Numbered from the stretch's first letter, positions 45,701-57,492 are shown. The stretch is DNA of 64,000 nt from Flectonema sp. DT1601 (GCA_964019425.1 OZ025785.1:1426001-1490000); one strand, 5' to 3'. Made by a program: numbers and translations. Notes: generated from the sequence alone by a model not told the origin.

Positions 45701-48032
45701 TATTCTTTTTCTGTGAAACTCGGTGAGGTAGTTTGGAGAAATTGACGATTCTCTTTGCTAGCCACCCTTCTAAATCAAAAAAAAAAAAAAAAAGAAAAGA
45801 AAAAAAAAGAATTAAATTGTTAAATGTTAAATGTCAAAAACAAAAACAAAAACACCAGCACAGCTGTCGTCCGAGGATCGGTCTCGCGTACACAGCGCTA
45901 GATGTTAACTTTATATAATTCAGAAGGACCAGTCTCGTTATTGTTTGGCTTCGGTTGCATCTTCCATCATAGTTTTTTAATTACGGGTTGGTAACACGAA
46001 GACCTACGTAAGTACTTTTCTTCTGATAAAAAAAAAAATCTTTTTTTTTTTTTTTTTTTTTTTTAAAATAGTAAACCACTACGTAATAAAAGTTAAAAAA
46101 AATTTAAAATCCCCCCTTCAATTCTCATAACTGATTTCAGAAATACATTCGCTCTTAACTAATTGGGAGGCAAAATAGCAGGTAAATGAGTAGAAAAAGA
46201 AATTAGCTATCAACAGCGGTTGGTACTCTGTACCACCTCTTGTCTCTACGTGTGTGTCATATTGCTTGTTTTTTTTTGGGGGACTTGTTATTACTGACAA
46301 CACCCTTCCATATTATTTATTGTACTGCTGACATAGTTTTGGCTGAAATTAAGAACGGGGGTAAAACAACGAATATGGAAATTTAAGAAAAAACAAAATA
46401 AGTGAATTCTTTTTTTTTTTTTCTGTGGTGTGTTTATATCGTACAGTGAATGCTCACTTAAACTGTTTATAATGCGTGTGTTTTCACTGTGTAGTTGCTA
46501 CTCATTGGTATCCCCTTATTATTTATTCTGCCGGAAATGTGTTGAAATCTTATTTTCTGAGCAGATAAATTTCCAGAACTTTTTGAGGGGATTTAAAATT
46601 TATTAAAAAAAAAAAAAAATTTTTAAAAAAAAAAAAAAAATAAGGTTGTATTATTATCCCCTTCTTTTTTTCTTTCCTCATTTTGAAAACTTTTTTGAAA
46701 TAATTTAAGAAAAAAAAAAAAAAAAAGGTTGTTGTTGTCCTTTTTTTTTAATTTTTTTTTAAAACAGTATTGGCGTGTGCCGTGTTCGTGTTTTTGTGAA
46801 AGTTTTTCAATGCATCAATCGGGTTGAAATGAAAAAAAAAAAAAAAAAAGAAATTACCACCCCCCTCGATGGATGTTATTTTTTTCTTACACAACACCCC
46901 ATAATGAATGGTTTTTTTAGAACTATAAATAAAAAAGCAAAGAAAAGAAAGAAAAAAAAAAAAGAACACCTACCAAATAGTCAGATGGGTAGCAACAGAC
47001 ATGTCGCATCCTTGTTTTTTTGTTTCTTTTGGCGTCAATTCTGAACTTGTCTGTACCGAAGTAGTGGGGGAAAAAAAAAAAAAAAACCAAATTTATTGTG
47101 TTTGACTTGGAGAGAGGGTAATATATCTCTCTCCCGTCTGTCACTCTTAATACTTAACCAGATCTTTTGCAGGCTTTAGGTGTCTGGATAAATTTTTTTA
47201 TATTTAGGAATGCTTTAGCGTCCTATTTTCAATAAATAATTTGTATCGCGCTCACCAATGTCTACATTTTTTTCTGTTTATTAATATAGACACAAGCTGT
47301 TGTCTGCTTTTCCTATGTTTTTTTTTAACGTCGTCATTTTTTTTTTTTTTTTTCCATTCGTGAGTTCAAAATCGTTTTTTTTGCGGATGATGTTATATCT
47401 TTTTTGGTTTAGGGTTGTCCAAAATGTGTAATATAAAAAGGCTTTTTTTTCTTCTTCTTCTTGTTTTTACATTTCATTCCCATCTTTTTTTTTTTTGTTA
47501 TCGAGCCTTTTTGTCTTTTTTTGGAAATTCTAAGAACATTGAGCACTCTTTTTCTATTATCCACCTTTATTTTTATTTTTATTTATTTTATTTTTTTCTT
47601 TTGATAAATATGCAGTATGTTGACTTTTCTAGCATATCGTAAGTTAGTTTCTTTACATATGTGGTGCGGTGAAGCTGAGAGGCCAACTGCTAACGATAAC
47701 TATAAAGTAATAACTTACAAAACATTGCGGTGGTCTATTTTATTTGCATTCGTCCGAATTGTTTTTTTCGGAGAAGAAGACGATTCGGATAACGGAATTG
47801 AAAATTCTTTTTATTTAATTGTCCGCACCCATCCACTCCCAACCCTCCCGTCTCCCCCCGCAGCATATCAGATTTGGAGGCTTTGAATGTGGTTTATATT
47901 GTGATGAAGTAATTCAGAAATTTACTATTCTACTAATCAACAACAGGTTCACAAAACACAAAACAAAAATTAATTATTTTACAACACCTTAAACAGGTTT
48001 TTTTTTTCTTTTTTTTTCCATCATCAGTTAGA

Positions 48033-49091
48033 ATGGAAATATGGCACGAGCATGATCCCATCACCAGAGAAGACTTCGAACGTAAGTGTCTCCAGACAAA
48101 TACATTAGGACTGGTAAAAGGTTTATTAAAAAGAAGTGATGGATGGGAAGAGTGTACTAATTGGATAAAAGATGGAGAGTTCAATTCGACAGCATTCACT
48201 GAGTTTGTTGGAGACGAATTAATAGACAGCGAAGTTGACATTATAACATCTTCAGAGGAGGAGGGTGAATATCGATCAGAAGACTCAAAGATCCGACTAA
48301 TTGAGTTTTTAAATACTTTGAAATCAACAACGGGAAGCTATCTCAAGGATTGGCATTTACAACAAAAAATATCAAAACAATTCTACCAATTACCAACATT
48401 TCTTGGACATGATTGGCTTAATGAATACCAACACAATACGACTGACAAATCTTTTGGTGATGGATCTGACTATCGATTTGTATATTTAGGATCAGACAAA
48501 TCTAGCACACCATTTCACGTTGACGTGTTCGGTTCATACTCATGGTCGGTAAACCTTATCGGTATAAAGGAATGGTGGTTTACTGAACCTTGTGAAGTTT
48601 CTAAGTTGGGAATGTATCCTGATCAGGGTATTTTTATTCAAAAACACCTTGAAATATTTTCTCCACCTCCAAATACTGATGATGGCACTGTGCAAGAGTT
48701 ACTTGTTAATACAGAACGGGGAGGATCAATTAGGGTTTTGCGATTTTTTCAGTATCCTGGAGACCTTGTCTTCGTTCCAAGTGGATGGGGACATCACGTT
48801 TGGAATCACGGAATCTGTTTATCTGTGAACCATAATTGGTGTAATAAACATAATATTGTTTCAATGACGAAAGTTTTGGTTTCCGAAGTCTCTTTTGTTA
48901 TTCGTCAGCTTTCCGACTGCCGACTTCAACTTGAAGAAGAACCAGGTGGTTTCTCCGCTCATTGTGAATGGCTGCTACACAACTCTTCGAATTGGAATAT
49001 TGCAACGTGGCTTTCTCTCCTTCACTTCTCTGCGAGACAACATCCAAAGGCAGCGCCAATCATACAAAACTGCTTAGAATTACTGACCTAA
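48033..49091 (+). CDS. JMJD4: JmjC 2-oxoglutarate oxygenase, JMJD4-like
   Basis: YLKDWH, DWLNE, DYRFVYLG, TPFHVDVFGSYSWSVN, Q.PGD.VFVPSGW.H.V.N and SVNHNW; the HxD...H iron triad is intact. Confidence 0.9.
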   Translation: MEIWHEHDPITREDFERKCLQTNTLGLVKGLLKRSDGWEECTNWIKDGEFNSTAFTEFVGDELIDSEVDIITSSEEEGEYRSEDSKIRLIEFLNTLKSTTGSYLKDWHLQQKISKQFYQLPTFLGHDWLNEYQHNTTDKSFGDGSDYRFVYLGSDKSSTPFHVDVFGSYSWSVNLIGIKEWWFTEPCEVSKLGMYPDQGIFIQKHLEIFSPPPNTDDGTVQELLVNTERGGSIRVLRFFQYPGDLVFVPSGWGHHVWNHGICLSVNHNWCNKHNIVSMTKVLVSEVSFVIRQLSDCRLQLEEEPGGFSAHCEWLLHNSSNWNIATWLSLLHFSARQHPKAAPIIQNCLELLT

Positions 49092-49329
49092 TTTACCAAC
49101 ATGGTTACTTCTCCAATATTGCTTTCACTTCCAGTGAATGAAACGAACTAACAACAAGTTAAAAATCCTTTACAGTTAGAATCGTCTACCTTCTATCTTT
49201 CTGTATCAAAGCTTATTTTTTTCTCTCTTTTCTTTTCTTTTTTTTTTTTTCCTTATTGCGATTAATTATTTTTATCTTCCACAGCCTGGACCAGTCTTAA
49301 AGAAATTTAAGAACTGCTAGGGAGACAAA

Positions 49330-50649
49330 ATGCCTGGAAAGAAGAAGCAAAACAAGGCAAAGGGGGAGGAGGCTGTTCAGGGAGGAGGACCACTGCTGGA
49401 AATGCGACTGGCGTGGGATGCCTTATTAAAAGCGAGACAAATGAGAAATTTCTTTCAGTTGGAGGGAGCAAAGATGAATGGGTTTTGGGAAATATCAAAA
49501 AAGGAACTCGACAGCGTGAAAGCAGCCCTTCGTAACAAAGAACGTGAGAAAGAAGAGATGAAAGAACGGCACCAAGTAGAGATGAAAGTCTACAAACAAA
49601 AGGTCAGACACCTCCTCTACGAACACAAAGTACAAGTAGCTCAACTAAAGACTGAAGCCGAACGCGCTCTGAAGAACAAACTAGAAGAACATTTAGGTAA
49701 AGAAGGTGATCACAAAAGAGATAGAAGACATTTATTAAAAGAGAAGAAATCTCAAGAACTTGAACACAAAGACCAAGTTCATAGAATGAAACTAAACACC
49801 TTTAAAGAGCTAACAATACTAAACCAGGCATATGAACGACAAATGAAAGAAATACAAGCTAAGTATGAGAAGAAAATAAAAACTCTACGGGAAGAGATGG
49901 AAATGAGACGGAAAATGGAGATAGATGACATTGAAAAGAGAAAAACCGACCACGTCAAAGACCTAATGTCCCAACACGACAGAGCATTTCAAGATATCAG
50001 AGATTACTATAATGACATTACTTCTAATAATTTAGAAAATATAAAATCTCTTAAAGAAACTGTCAATCAAATGAAAAAAACAGAAGCATACCAAGAAAAA
50101 GTCATGTTTGAAATTGCACAAGAAAATAAAAGACTAACAGAGCCCTTAGCAAAAGCACTAAAAGAAGTGAACCTTTTAAGACATGAACTTCAAGACTATG
50201 AGAATGACAAGACAAGTCTTCATACTGCAAAGCAATCACTTCTAACATTAGAGCAAAAGATGAAAACATTATCATGGGAACACGAAGTATTGGGACAACG
50301 ACATCATAAGTTGGAAGAAGAAAGAGATTTGATATTTAAGAAATATCAATCCATGACCAACGAGATTCAACAGAAAGCTGTCTTTAAAGGTGTTGTCTTA
50401 CATAAAAACGTCGAAGTACTCACTGCACAACTTGAAAAGAAAGATGCTCAGCTTGGAGAAGTTCTAAAGGCTTCGAATATCGAAGGTGTTGAAGAGGCTG
50501 AACGTAAACTAGAAGACATGTTAGAACAAAAGAATCAGGTTATAGAAGAAATCCAGCAACAATTATCACTAATAACCCAACAACACGATGATGTGACCGC
50601 TGCTTATGAAGAATATTTCAAACAAAACGGAGTTCCTGACTTGGGATAG
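49330..50649 (+). CDS. GAS8: Dynein regulatory complex subunit DRC4 (GAS8/trypanin)
   Basis: Long coiled coil with RNFFQLE, FWEISK, HQVEMKVYKQKVRHLLYEH, YYNDITSNNL, ENKRLTEPL and WEHEVL. Confidence 0.93.
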   Translation: MPGKKKQNKAKGEEAVQGGGPLLEMRLAWDALLKARQMRNFFQLEGAKMNGFWEISKKELDSVKAALRNKEREKEEMKERHQVEMKVYKQKVRHLLYEHKVQVAQLKTEAERALKNKLEEHLGKEGDHKRDRRHLLKEKKSQELEHKDQVHRMKLNTFKELTILNQAYERQMKEIQAKYEKKIKTLREEMEMRRKMEIDDIEKRKTDHVKDLMSQHDRAFQDIRDYYNDITSNNLENIKSLKETVNQMKKTEAYQEKVMFEIAQENKRLTEPLAKALKEVNLLRHELQDYENDKTSLHTAKQSLLTLEQKMKTLSWEHEVLGQRHHKLEEERDLIFKKYQSMTNEIQQKAVFKGVVLHKNVEVLTAQLEKKDAQLGEVLKASNIEGVEEAERKLEDMLEQKNQVIEEIQQQLSLITQQHDDVTAAYEEYFKQNGVPDLG

Positions 50650-50986
50650 TGACGTAAATTCGTCTTTTTTTTCTTTTTTTTTTTTCTTTTTTTCTGATTT
50701 TAATCTAGTTATTACCAATTTTTTAAAAAAAAAAATATGTGTTACTCTACTCCTCTGCTAGTTTCTGCTGGTGTATATCTACATTTTCCCAACACATATT
50801 TGATGTTCATACTTATTATGTTTCTGATAGTCATAAAGAGTGACTAGTTTTGGATTTCAAATTATAATCGTTCTCACCCCCTACACAGATTCAGGGGTGG
50901 AAGTGCATCCATCGCCCATCATGAAATACACTTTTATTTTTTATATTAACTCTTTCACTAAATAGGACTAATTATAAAACAATAAG

Positions 50987-51913
50987 ATGGGTGTAATGGA
51001 TACGACTCTTAATGAAACGCTCTCTGGTGCGAGTCAAATTGTTGAGAACGTGTTGTTTACTGAGAGTGGCGTTAATTTGACTGGTTTAGACTTGTCAGAA
51101 ATCCATACTTTGAGTGATGTAGTTCCGTGGTTGTTTTTACCAAAAACTCCTGCAGACGCTGGAATTTTAGCAGAGATACTTGGAGTGTACGCTCAAGCAA
51201 ATTATTGGAACTGTGTGATCACGATGTTCTTCGTGTTTGTTACTCTTCAGTCATTCAACATTCCCGGAACTATATTCCTCAACCTAATGATGGGATGTTT
51301 ATTTGGATACGTTGAAGGTGTCACATTGGGTGTAATGTCTGGTACCTGTGGTGCAATGATCGCCTTCACTATTTCAAAACGCTGGGGAGGCTCTGTAGTC
51401 AACGGGATCGTGCAGAAAACTGGAATGCAAGACAAGATGGACTGGTTTAGAGTACAAGTTGCTGCTAATGATAACATCGACTTATTGTTGTTTTTAATAT
51501 TCCTCAGAATATCACCCGTGCTTCCTAATTGGTTTATCAATGCTGTATCTCCTCATGTTAATGTTCCAGCTGTTCCATTGGCTGTTGCAACAGCAATTGG
51601 GATCGCTCCGCAAACAATTATAGCAGTTCATGGTGGTGTTATAATCAGAGACCTTATTAACAGTGGTCGGTCTCATCCATTGGGATATAAAGAATGGGGA
51701 ATTCTGTGTGGTTTAGCTTTGGGTGCTCTTGTTCCTTTAATCGCAAAGAAATCATTTGAGAGAAAACCTTCAAAGTCTCGGGAACCATCGCGTAGCCCGT
51801 CTGTCCAAAAAGAGGACTCACTACAACCAGAATCTGAACAGGCAACTGACAAGAACATTTTACGCGGTGGTTCTGTAACTGCTGCTGATTGTGAACATGA
51901 GAAAATAGAATAA
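50987..51913 (+). CDS. TMEM41: TMEM41/VTT (SNARE_assoc, DedA superfamily) membrane protein, putative lipid scramblase
   Basis: LQSFNIPGTIFLNL..G.LFG, FLRISPVLPNWFIN..SP and T.IG..P motifs. Confidence 0.88.
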   Translation: MGVMDTTLNETLSGASQIVENVLFTESGVNLTGLDLSEIHTLSDVVPWLFLPKTPADAGILAEILGVYAQANYWNCVITMFFVFVTLQSFNIPGTIFLNLMMGCLFGYVEGVTLGVMSGTCGAMIAFTISKRWGGSVVNGIVQKTGMQDKMDWFRVQVAANDNIDLLLFLIFLRISPVLPNWFINAVSPHVNVPAVPLAVATAIGIAPQTIIAVHGGVIIRDLINSGRSHPLGYKEWGILCGLALGALVPLIAKKSFERKPSKSREPSRSPSVQKEDSLQPESEQATDKNILRGGSVTAADCEHEKIE

Positions 51914-52562
51914 TCAAAAAATGTTTTTATATAAATACCTATCCGTCTGTATTGAAATTCAGAACCTTGCCAGCAATGAATCCCGAGTAGGGATTCCTCT
52001 CTACGTTAGAAAGTAATTATGACCCTCTTTGTTACCTCCTTTTGTTGTTTTTTTTGAACTGACGGACAACACTTGGATTCCTATTTGTTATAAATTGTTC
52101 TCAAAAAAAACAACCAACCCCCATCTTGTTGGTTTTAAATAATGGTTTCCCTATCTTTCTTGGCAGTCGATAGTGTGGTAGTTCTTTGTCAGCAAGTAGT
52201 CAAAACTGATTTAGTATTTACCTGTGTGTTTGATATATGAATGGCGATTTTGCTTCCGTCAAATATTTCAGCTTTGTGCGTACCACGTGGATACAATCTA
52301 CCCCGTTGTGATGTATCCTGTGTATCGTATACCTGATCAAATTAGAAAGAGGAGTCAAAAAAAAAAAAAAGAAAACTATTTTTTTTTTTTTGAAAGCCTT
52401 TATAAACATATTGGTTAAACTCCGTAACAATTATCTTTCTTGTTAGAAAAAAAGAAAAAAAAACGTGACAGCTTCTAACATGGTGACTTTACTGCTCAAA
52501 ACTCTCCTAGCAGGAGGTTGCCATACTACCATGTTGTGAGAATATATTTTTTTTTTGCACCG

Positions 52563-52675
52563 ACGAAGTCGGAGAAGAAACTATTCAGATTAAGAACCGT
52601 TATTTATTATATTTCCCTGTGCCGCCAGTAAAACTAGCTGCGATCAACAAAATATAAGGCTGTTTATCTGAATGG
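52563..52675. repeat. Dispersed ~120 bp repeat, copy 2 (homologous to 584-712)
   Basis: Same colinear blocks as copy 1. Lacks a ~15-nt internal segment (gtccaatgttatgta) present in copy 1. Confidence 0.8.
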
Positions 52676-52801
52676 TTTTTTAATCAATTTTAATCTGCAT
52701 TCTGATAGATGTGTTTTTTAATGAAGTTTTTTTTTTTTTTTTGAAAAATAAATTTATTTTTTTTCCCCCCCAGATAAAGAAATCCTTTCTGTTTTCTTAA
52801 C

Positions 52802-54316
52802 ATGGAGATTGGCGTAAGTGACAACCATGTTGGAACTACTTACTTTATAACAATCTCACCAACCGATACAGCTGGTGATATAAAGAACAGAGTTGCCTTA
52901 GAAGGAGAATTGGATGATCAGTATTTCGATTTAGTTTCTGAAGGAAGAGTATTACAAAACCAAGACTCTGATTATGACATTCAATCACTAGAAGTAGAGC
53001 TATCGGATAAGGGAGTTGCGGTATTGGAATTGAGGCGACTTGGATTTAAGAAATCAGAAATATCCCCATCGACGCTTCACGATTCAATCTTAAACGACAA
53101 CCTCCATTTAACAACACAACTTTTATCGGCAGGTGTCGATGCTAATGCTGTTTGCTTTGATGAAACAGCTCTGTTTGCTGCTGTTCTACGAGACCGTTTT
53201 GATCAATGCCGTGTTTTACTACATCACGGTGCTCTTCCTGACCCGATCACTCAAACAAACAGAATTCCACTACATTGGGCAACTGGTAACCTAAAACTTG
53301 TTCAACTCTTAATAGAATTCGGAGTCGATCTTAACAGAAGGACAGCATCAAACGAAACCGCACTCCACGCAGCAGCAGTTCATCACGACCGACTAGCCTG
53401 TGCAGAAGTATTAATCGATTACGGGATTGATGTTAATACAAAAAGTAAATGTGGCATAACAGCAATTCACAAAGCAGCAAAGTCTGGTAATTATTTAATG
53501 TGTGAGCTGTTAGCTAAGAGGCAAGCTGATGTGAATTGTCAGACAGAAACAGGTGTTACAGCTTTGCACTATGCGGCAGAAAGCGGACAGTTGCAAACAT
53601 GCAGAAGTCTTCTTGATAACGGCGCTGATGCTAACTCAACAAGATGTGATGAGGTGACTCCATTGCAATGGGCTGCAGAGAATGGGTTTTCAGACGTCTG
53701 TGATATCCTCCTACAGTACAACGCTGATGTAAATATACTCCGAGCAGATGGAACCACATCTCTCCACTGGGCTGCCTTGAAAGGTCACTTAGATGTCTGT
53801 AAAGTATTAACAGCTACTAACACTGATATTATACAGACGCGTACTGATAATGGAATGTCACCTCTTCATTGGGCTGCCAGCAACAAACATCATGAGATAT
53901 GTGATTTATTATTAAATAAAGGAGCAAGTCCCCAAGTACAAAGAGACGATGGTCTTACTCCCCTTCACTGGTCAGCTAAATCAGGTTGTACTGAAACAAC
54001 AAATTTACTTATTAAGTCTGGCGCAGTGGTTAATGCTGTAACAAAAACATCTAATTGTTATTTCTACTGTGGTGGCGCAATGATACCTGGAGCTAAACAC
54101 CACAGTGAAACCCCACTACACTACGCGGCATCACGAGGATATTTAAATGTTTGTCAGATGCTAATCGATTGCGGAGCCGATATCAATATAAAAACTGAAA
54201 TTGGAGACACAGCTTCTGACTATGCTGAACAGAACGGATACCATGACTTAGCTAAACAGCTAAAGGTACCTGAGGTTCATGTGGATCCTCTTTCTGATAT
54301 TATTTGTTGTGAATAA
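52802..54316 (+). CDS. Ankyrin-repeat protein with an N-terminal ubiquitin-like domain
   Basis: About 11 TPLH/TALH-type ankyrin repeats. The N-terminus 'TYFITISPTDTAGDIKNRV...FDLVSEGRVL' is ubiquitin-like. Confidence 0.9.
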   Translation: MEIGVSDNHVGTTYFITISPTDTAGDIKNRVALEGELDDQYFDLVSEGRVLQNQDSDYDIQSLEVELSDKGVAVLELRRLGFKKSEISPSTLHDSILNDNLHLTTQLLSAGVDANAVCFDETALFAAVLRDRFDQCRVLLHHGALPDPITQTNRIPLHWATGNLKLVQLLIEFGVDLNRRTASNETALHAAAVHHDRLACAEVLIDYGIDVNTKSKCGITAIHKAAKSGNYLMCELLAKRQADVNCQTETGVTALHYAAESGQLQTCRSLLDNGADANSTRCDEVTPLQWAAENGFSDVCDILLQYNADVNILRADGTTSLHWAALKGHLDVCKVLTATNTDIIQTRTDNGMSPLHWAASNKHHEICDLLLNKGASPQVQRDDGLTPLHWSAKSGCTETTNLLIKSGAVVNAVTKTSNCYFYCGGAMIPGAKHHSETPLHYAASRGYLNVCQMLIDCGADINIKTEIGDTASDYAEQNGYHDLAKQLKVPEVHVDPLSDIICCE

Positions 54317-54847
54317 ATTCTGTTTTGTTTATTCTCTGGTATTTTGAATTGTTCTTACTCTTCTATTGATTAGTATACTATCGTGTGCCAATTTCTTTTT
54401 TCTTTTCTTTTTTCTTTAATTATTAGAGTCACCTCGTGTAGATTTTTAAAGAACGAGACTGCTAGTCCGTTTCTTTAACAAACTGTTCGCAGTTAGGATT
54501 CTTTTTTTTTCTTTGTTCTTTTTCTCATCTCTTTATTAAATCCCAAAAGAAAAAGAAATGTGAAGACAATAAACTTCTTTATTATTATTATTATTTACCC
54601 ACATAGTAGTCATACATATACGTTTGTAACTTCAGTGTAACTGACATGAACTTATCAGTCACTTTGATGTTATTATTCATAATTATTTATTATTCCCTTT
54701 TAACTGTGACTTGTTGAATGTTTTTTGTATTTTTACCCCAATTACCCATCATTTTCTTTACAATATTGAAAAAATGAGAGGAGAGTGAAAAAAATAATAA
54801 TAATATTATATAGTTCCTTAACCAGAGTACACCATAAAGACGGTGAA

Positions 54848-56011
54848 ATGTTTCGGTTTTTGAGTCAGCTTCTTGTGATTTGTTTGGTAACGGGACATAC
54901 GACATCTCATGTGACTACCATTGGAAATGTCACTGTAGTAGAGCTGTCAGGAAGTTATTACGAAATGGGAGTCAGTTATGGCAAAGCACTTCAATCAGAC
55001 TTGAAGCGATCTCTTTCGATTCTATTAAATCACTATGTCAATGAGAAAGGGTTTAGTTATGAGCAGGTTGTTGGGCAGGCGGAGTTGTTTTATCGGAGAT
55101 TCCCTCGTAGATATCAACAGTTTATCGAAGGATACGTTGGGTCTGCAAACATAACACTGAGCGACGGGAAGATTCTTCACGCGATGGAAACTCTCGGAGA
55201 GCTGAATGGGAAAAAGCTACCGCAGTGCGCATTCACATTTTCACCTCCAAAAGACACTGCCAGCCACAGCTCTCTCATTGGTCGTAATTACGATTTCGGA
55301 GCTCCTTGTAATAAAATATCACAAAGACTTGTCGTACCAATCCTAAGAGGTGATGGTACAGAGCAAGTAACAGCACTTATCACAATGCCTGGTCAGGTTT
55401 ATTGTCCCTCATGCATTAGCTCTAAGGGAATATTTATTGAAATGAATAATGGAATGCCTTCAGGAGGATTTCAAGTTAATCACACGACCCAATCACTTCT
55501 AATTGATATGCTTATCGCATTACAGAATTCAACAACAGTCAATGATGTTAAAGATCATTTAATGAAAATAGAATATCCTGACTATTCACTTATTGTGAAC
55601 ATGGCATCAGAAAGCGAGTGTTATTCGTTGGAGTTCTCATCAAACGCGTCACTTGGAATGAAGGTAACGACACCCCCATCTGATGAAGTTTTTGTATCGA
55701 CTAATTTTTATCAAAATACTTCTTGGGGTAATGAGATACCAAAACCGACAGATGCTACAACGTGGATTGGAGTTACTCGCAGGGATCATTTGATTCATTT
55801 ATTGAGTTCTCAGTCGAGTCAGACGACTACAACTCTTCAAAAAGACATGAGCAAAACCATCATTCAAGGTGGAGCACGATGGATGGAAACTATCTACCAA
55901 ATTATATACGACACAAAAGCAAGAGAACTATTTTTAAAACCTCGAAATGATCCATCCTGGACATTTATCCCAATTGGAAAGGTACTTGATAACGGCTTGC
56001 AATCCTTATAA
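54848..56011 (+). CDS. Secreted Ntn-hydrolase, peptidase C45 / AAT (acyl-CoA:6-APA acyltransferase)-like
   Basis: Signal peptide MFRFLSQLLVICLVTG; V.LSGS.YEMG..YG; predicted nucleophile Cys in PQ|CAF (55226); LIGRNYDF; STNF. Confidence 0.8.
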   Translation: MFRFLSQLLVICLVTGHTTSHVTTIGNVTVVELSGSYYEMGVSYGKALQSDLKRSLSILLNHYVNEKGFSYEQVVGQAELFYRRFPRRYQQFIEGYVGSANITLSDGKILHAMETLGELNGKKLPQCAFTFSPPKDTASHSSLIGRNYDFGAPCNKISQRLVVPILRGDGTEQVTALITMPGQVYCPSCISSKGIFIEMNNGMPSGGFQVNHTTQSLLIDMLIALQNSTTVNDVKDHLMKIEYPDYSLIVNMASESECYSLEFSSNASLGMKVTTPPSDEVFVSTNFYQNTSWGNEIPKPTDATTWIGVTRRDHLIHLLSSQSSQTTTTLQKDMSKTIIQGGARWMETIYQIIYDTKARELFLKPRNDPSWTFIPIGKVLDNGLQSL

Positions 56012-56337
56012 TAACAATTTGTAGTCTTACACTTCTGTTTTTTTTTTTTTTGCAAATATATGCCCTCTGACCTTTTTTTTGACCATGACCTGTTTTTCTC
56101 TTTTTCTTTTTTTTTTATTGAAATATCTCCCAAAAACAAGAAGTAAAAATGTATCCTTCTATCACAGGAATACTGGAGAATTTTTTTTCCTGACTTTTTT
56201 TTTAATTTTTTTTATACCTTAAGGACTGCAGGTTACCGTTTATTTTAGTTAACTCTCGTACAATACAGATGTTTATTTCAATTCCCTTGTTCATTGTCAA
56301 TCATATGTTTTTAAATAAACAGATTTTAAACAAATAA

Positions 56338-57492
56338 ATGGCTTATGAGAGTGTGAGACATGTTCCAATGGGGTTTCCTGCATCGTATTCGGAGTTGATG
56401 CATAATGCAACTCAGTGGGAGAGTCCGTTTCGACAGAGAGGATATGAAATGAGTCAAAGTTATCACACACCTGCAGGATTAAATACAACTCCTCATGTTG
56501 AAAGAGGTGGTGGTGTTTTTTCAAATCAGTTTCAAGATATAGTTAGGAATGCAACAGAATGGGAGAGTCCGTTCAGAACCCGCCAACCAGCTGCCACTCC
56601 ATTCCAACTCCCTTCAGTATCAGGTAGCCCAGGTAGACAACAATACTACGGAAAGGATCAACGATTTAATTCACCTTCAAGAAGTCGAATTGATGATAAT
56701 AATAATTATGTTGGTCTCGATGACACAAACAGAAATAAATCTCCTCACAGAGACCCTCGCTGGCGTGGATACGCTAATGCTCCTCCTCTAAATAGAACTG
56801 AGTGGGAACAAAGACTTATATTAGAAGGTTACATTAGAGGTCCTGAAAGACCTGATAATCTAACGAATACAGTTGATACTTCAGTAGCTCCTCCAGTCAG
56901 TCAAAAGGCGAGGGATTTGGAAAAAGAGGTCAGCGTCTTAGAGATGGAAGTCGATGTAGAAAGTACACACATCGAAAACATGCTCGCTATTGACGCTGAT
57001 GCTGACCGCATGGCGAGAGCCTTAGCAGTAGCAAACAGGCTTGGCATAGATGTTAACAATATACCTGGCGGTGGGGGTGGTGTTGGTGGTGGCGAACAAC
57101 AACAACCCGTAGCACCAACACTAAATGAAGAAGACGAAGACGCTCTAATAGCTTCAATAATAGCAGAAGAACCTCTTGAGAATGACCTTGACAACATAGC
57201 AACTGATGCTGAAGAAGAAGCACTCATCGCTTCTGTAATAAAAAGTGAAGCAGACGAAGGACAAGACGGTGACCCAGAAGCAGTTGAAAACAACGACAGC
57301 ATCCCTCCTGGGGATGAAAATCCACCCCCGAGCATTGCAGGAAGTATTCCTGCGAGTGTTATCAGTGCGACAATAGAAGGAGATGGTGTTAAGGAAGGAA
57401 GTATACCTGGAAGTGTACCTCCGAGTATTCCACCAACTGGCGTTGATTCCATTGCAGCGAGTGAGCATACAGAACCTGCAGCTGATCAATAA
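56338..57492 (+). CDS. Hypothetical, largely disordered protein with internal repeats and an acidic tail
   Basis: 384-aa ORF with duplicated NAT(Q/E)WESPFR and E(D/E)(E/D)ALIAS(I/V)I motifs and SIP repeats. Confidence 0.75.
   Translation: MAYESVRHVPMGFPASYSELMHNATQWESPFRQRGYEMSQSYHTPAGLNTTPHVERGGGVFSNQFQDIVRNATEWESPFRTRQPAATPFQLPSVSGSPGRQQYYGKDQRFNSPSRSRIDDNNNYVGLDDTNRNKSPHRDPRWRGYANAPPLNRTEWEQRLILEGYIRGPERPDNLTNTVDTSVAPPVSQKARDLEKEVSVLEMEVDVESTHIENMLAIDADADRMARALAVANRLGIDVNNIPGGGGGVGGGEQQQPVAPTLNEEDEDALIASIIAEEPLENDLDNIATDAEEEALIASVIKSEADEGQDGDPEAVENNDSIPPGDENPPPSIAGSIPASVISATIEGDGVKEGSIPGSVPPSIPPTGVDSIAASEHTEPAADQ

Noticed and set aside
53100..54240. Regularly spaced similar DNA segments suggesting a repeat array or CRISPR
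   Set aside because: They are ankyrin codon repeats within a CDS; there are no identical repeats with unique spacers and no cas genes.
54299..54316. C-terminal ...IICCE as a prenylation signal
   Set aside because: Not a canonical CaaX, and double-Cys motifs need a Rab context; unsupported.
56901..57452. 183-aa minus-strand ORF, and other antisense ORFs such as 8751-9176 and 61566-62021
   Set aside because: Antisense shadows of + strand CDSs with biased codons; no independent motifs.
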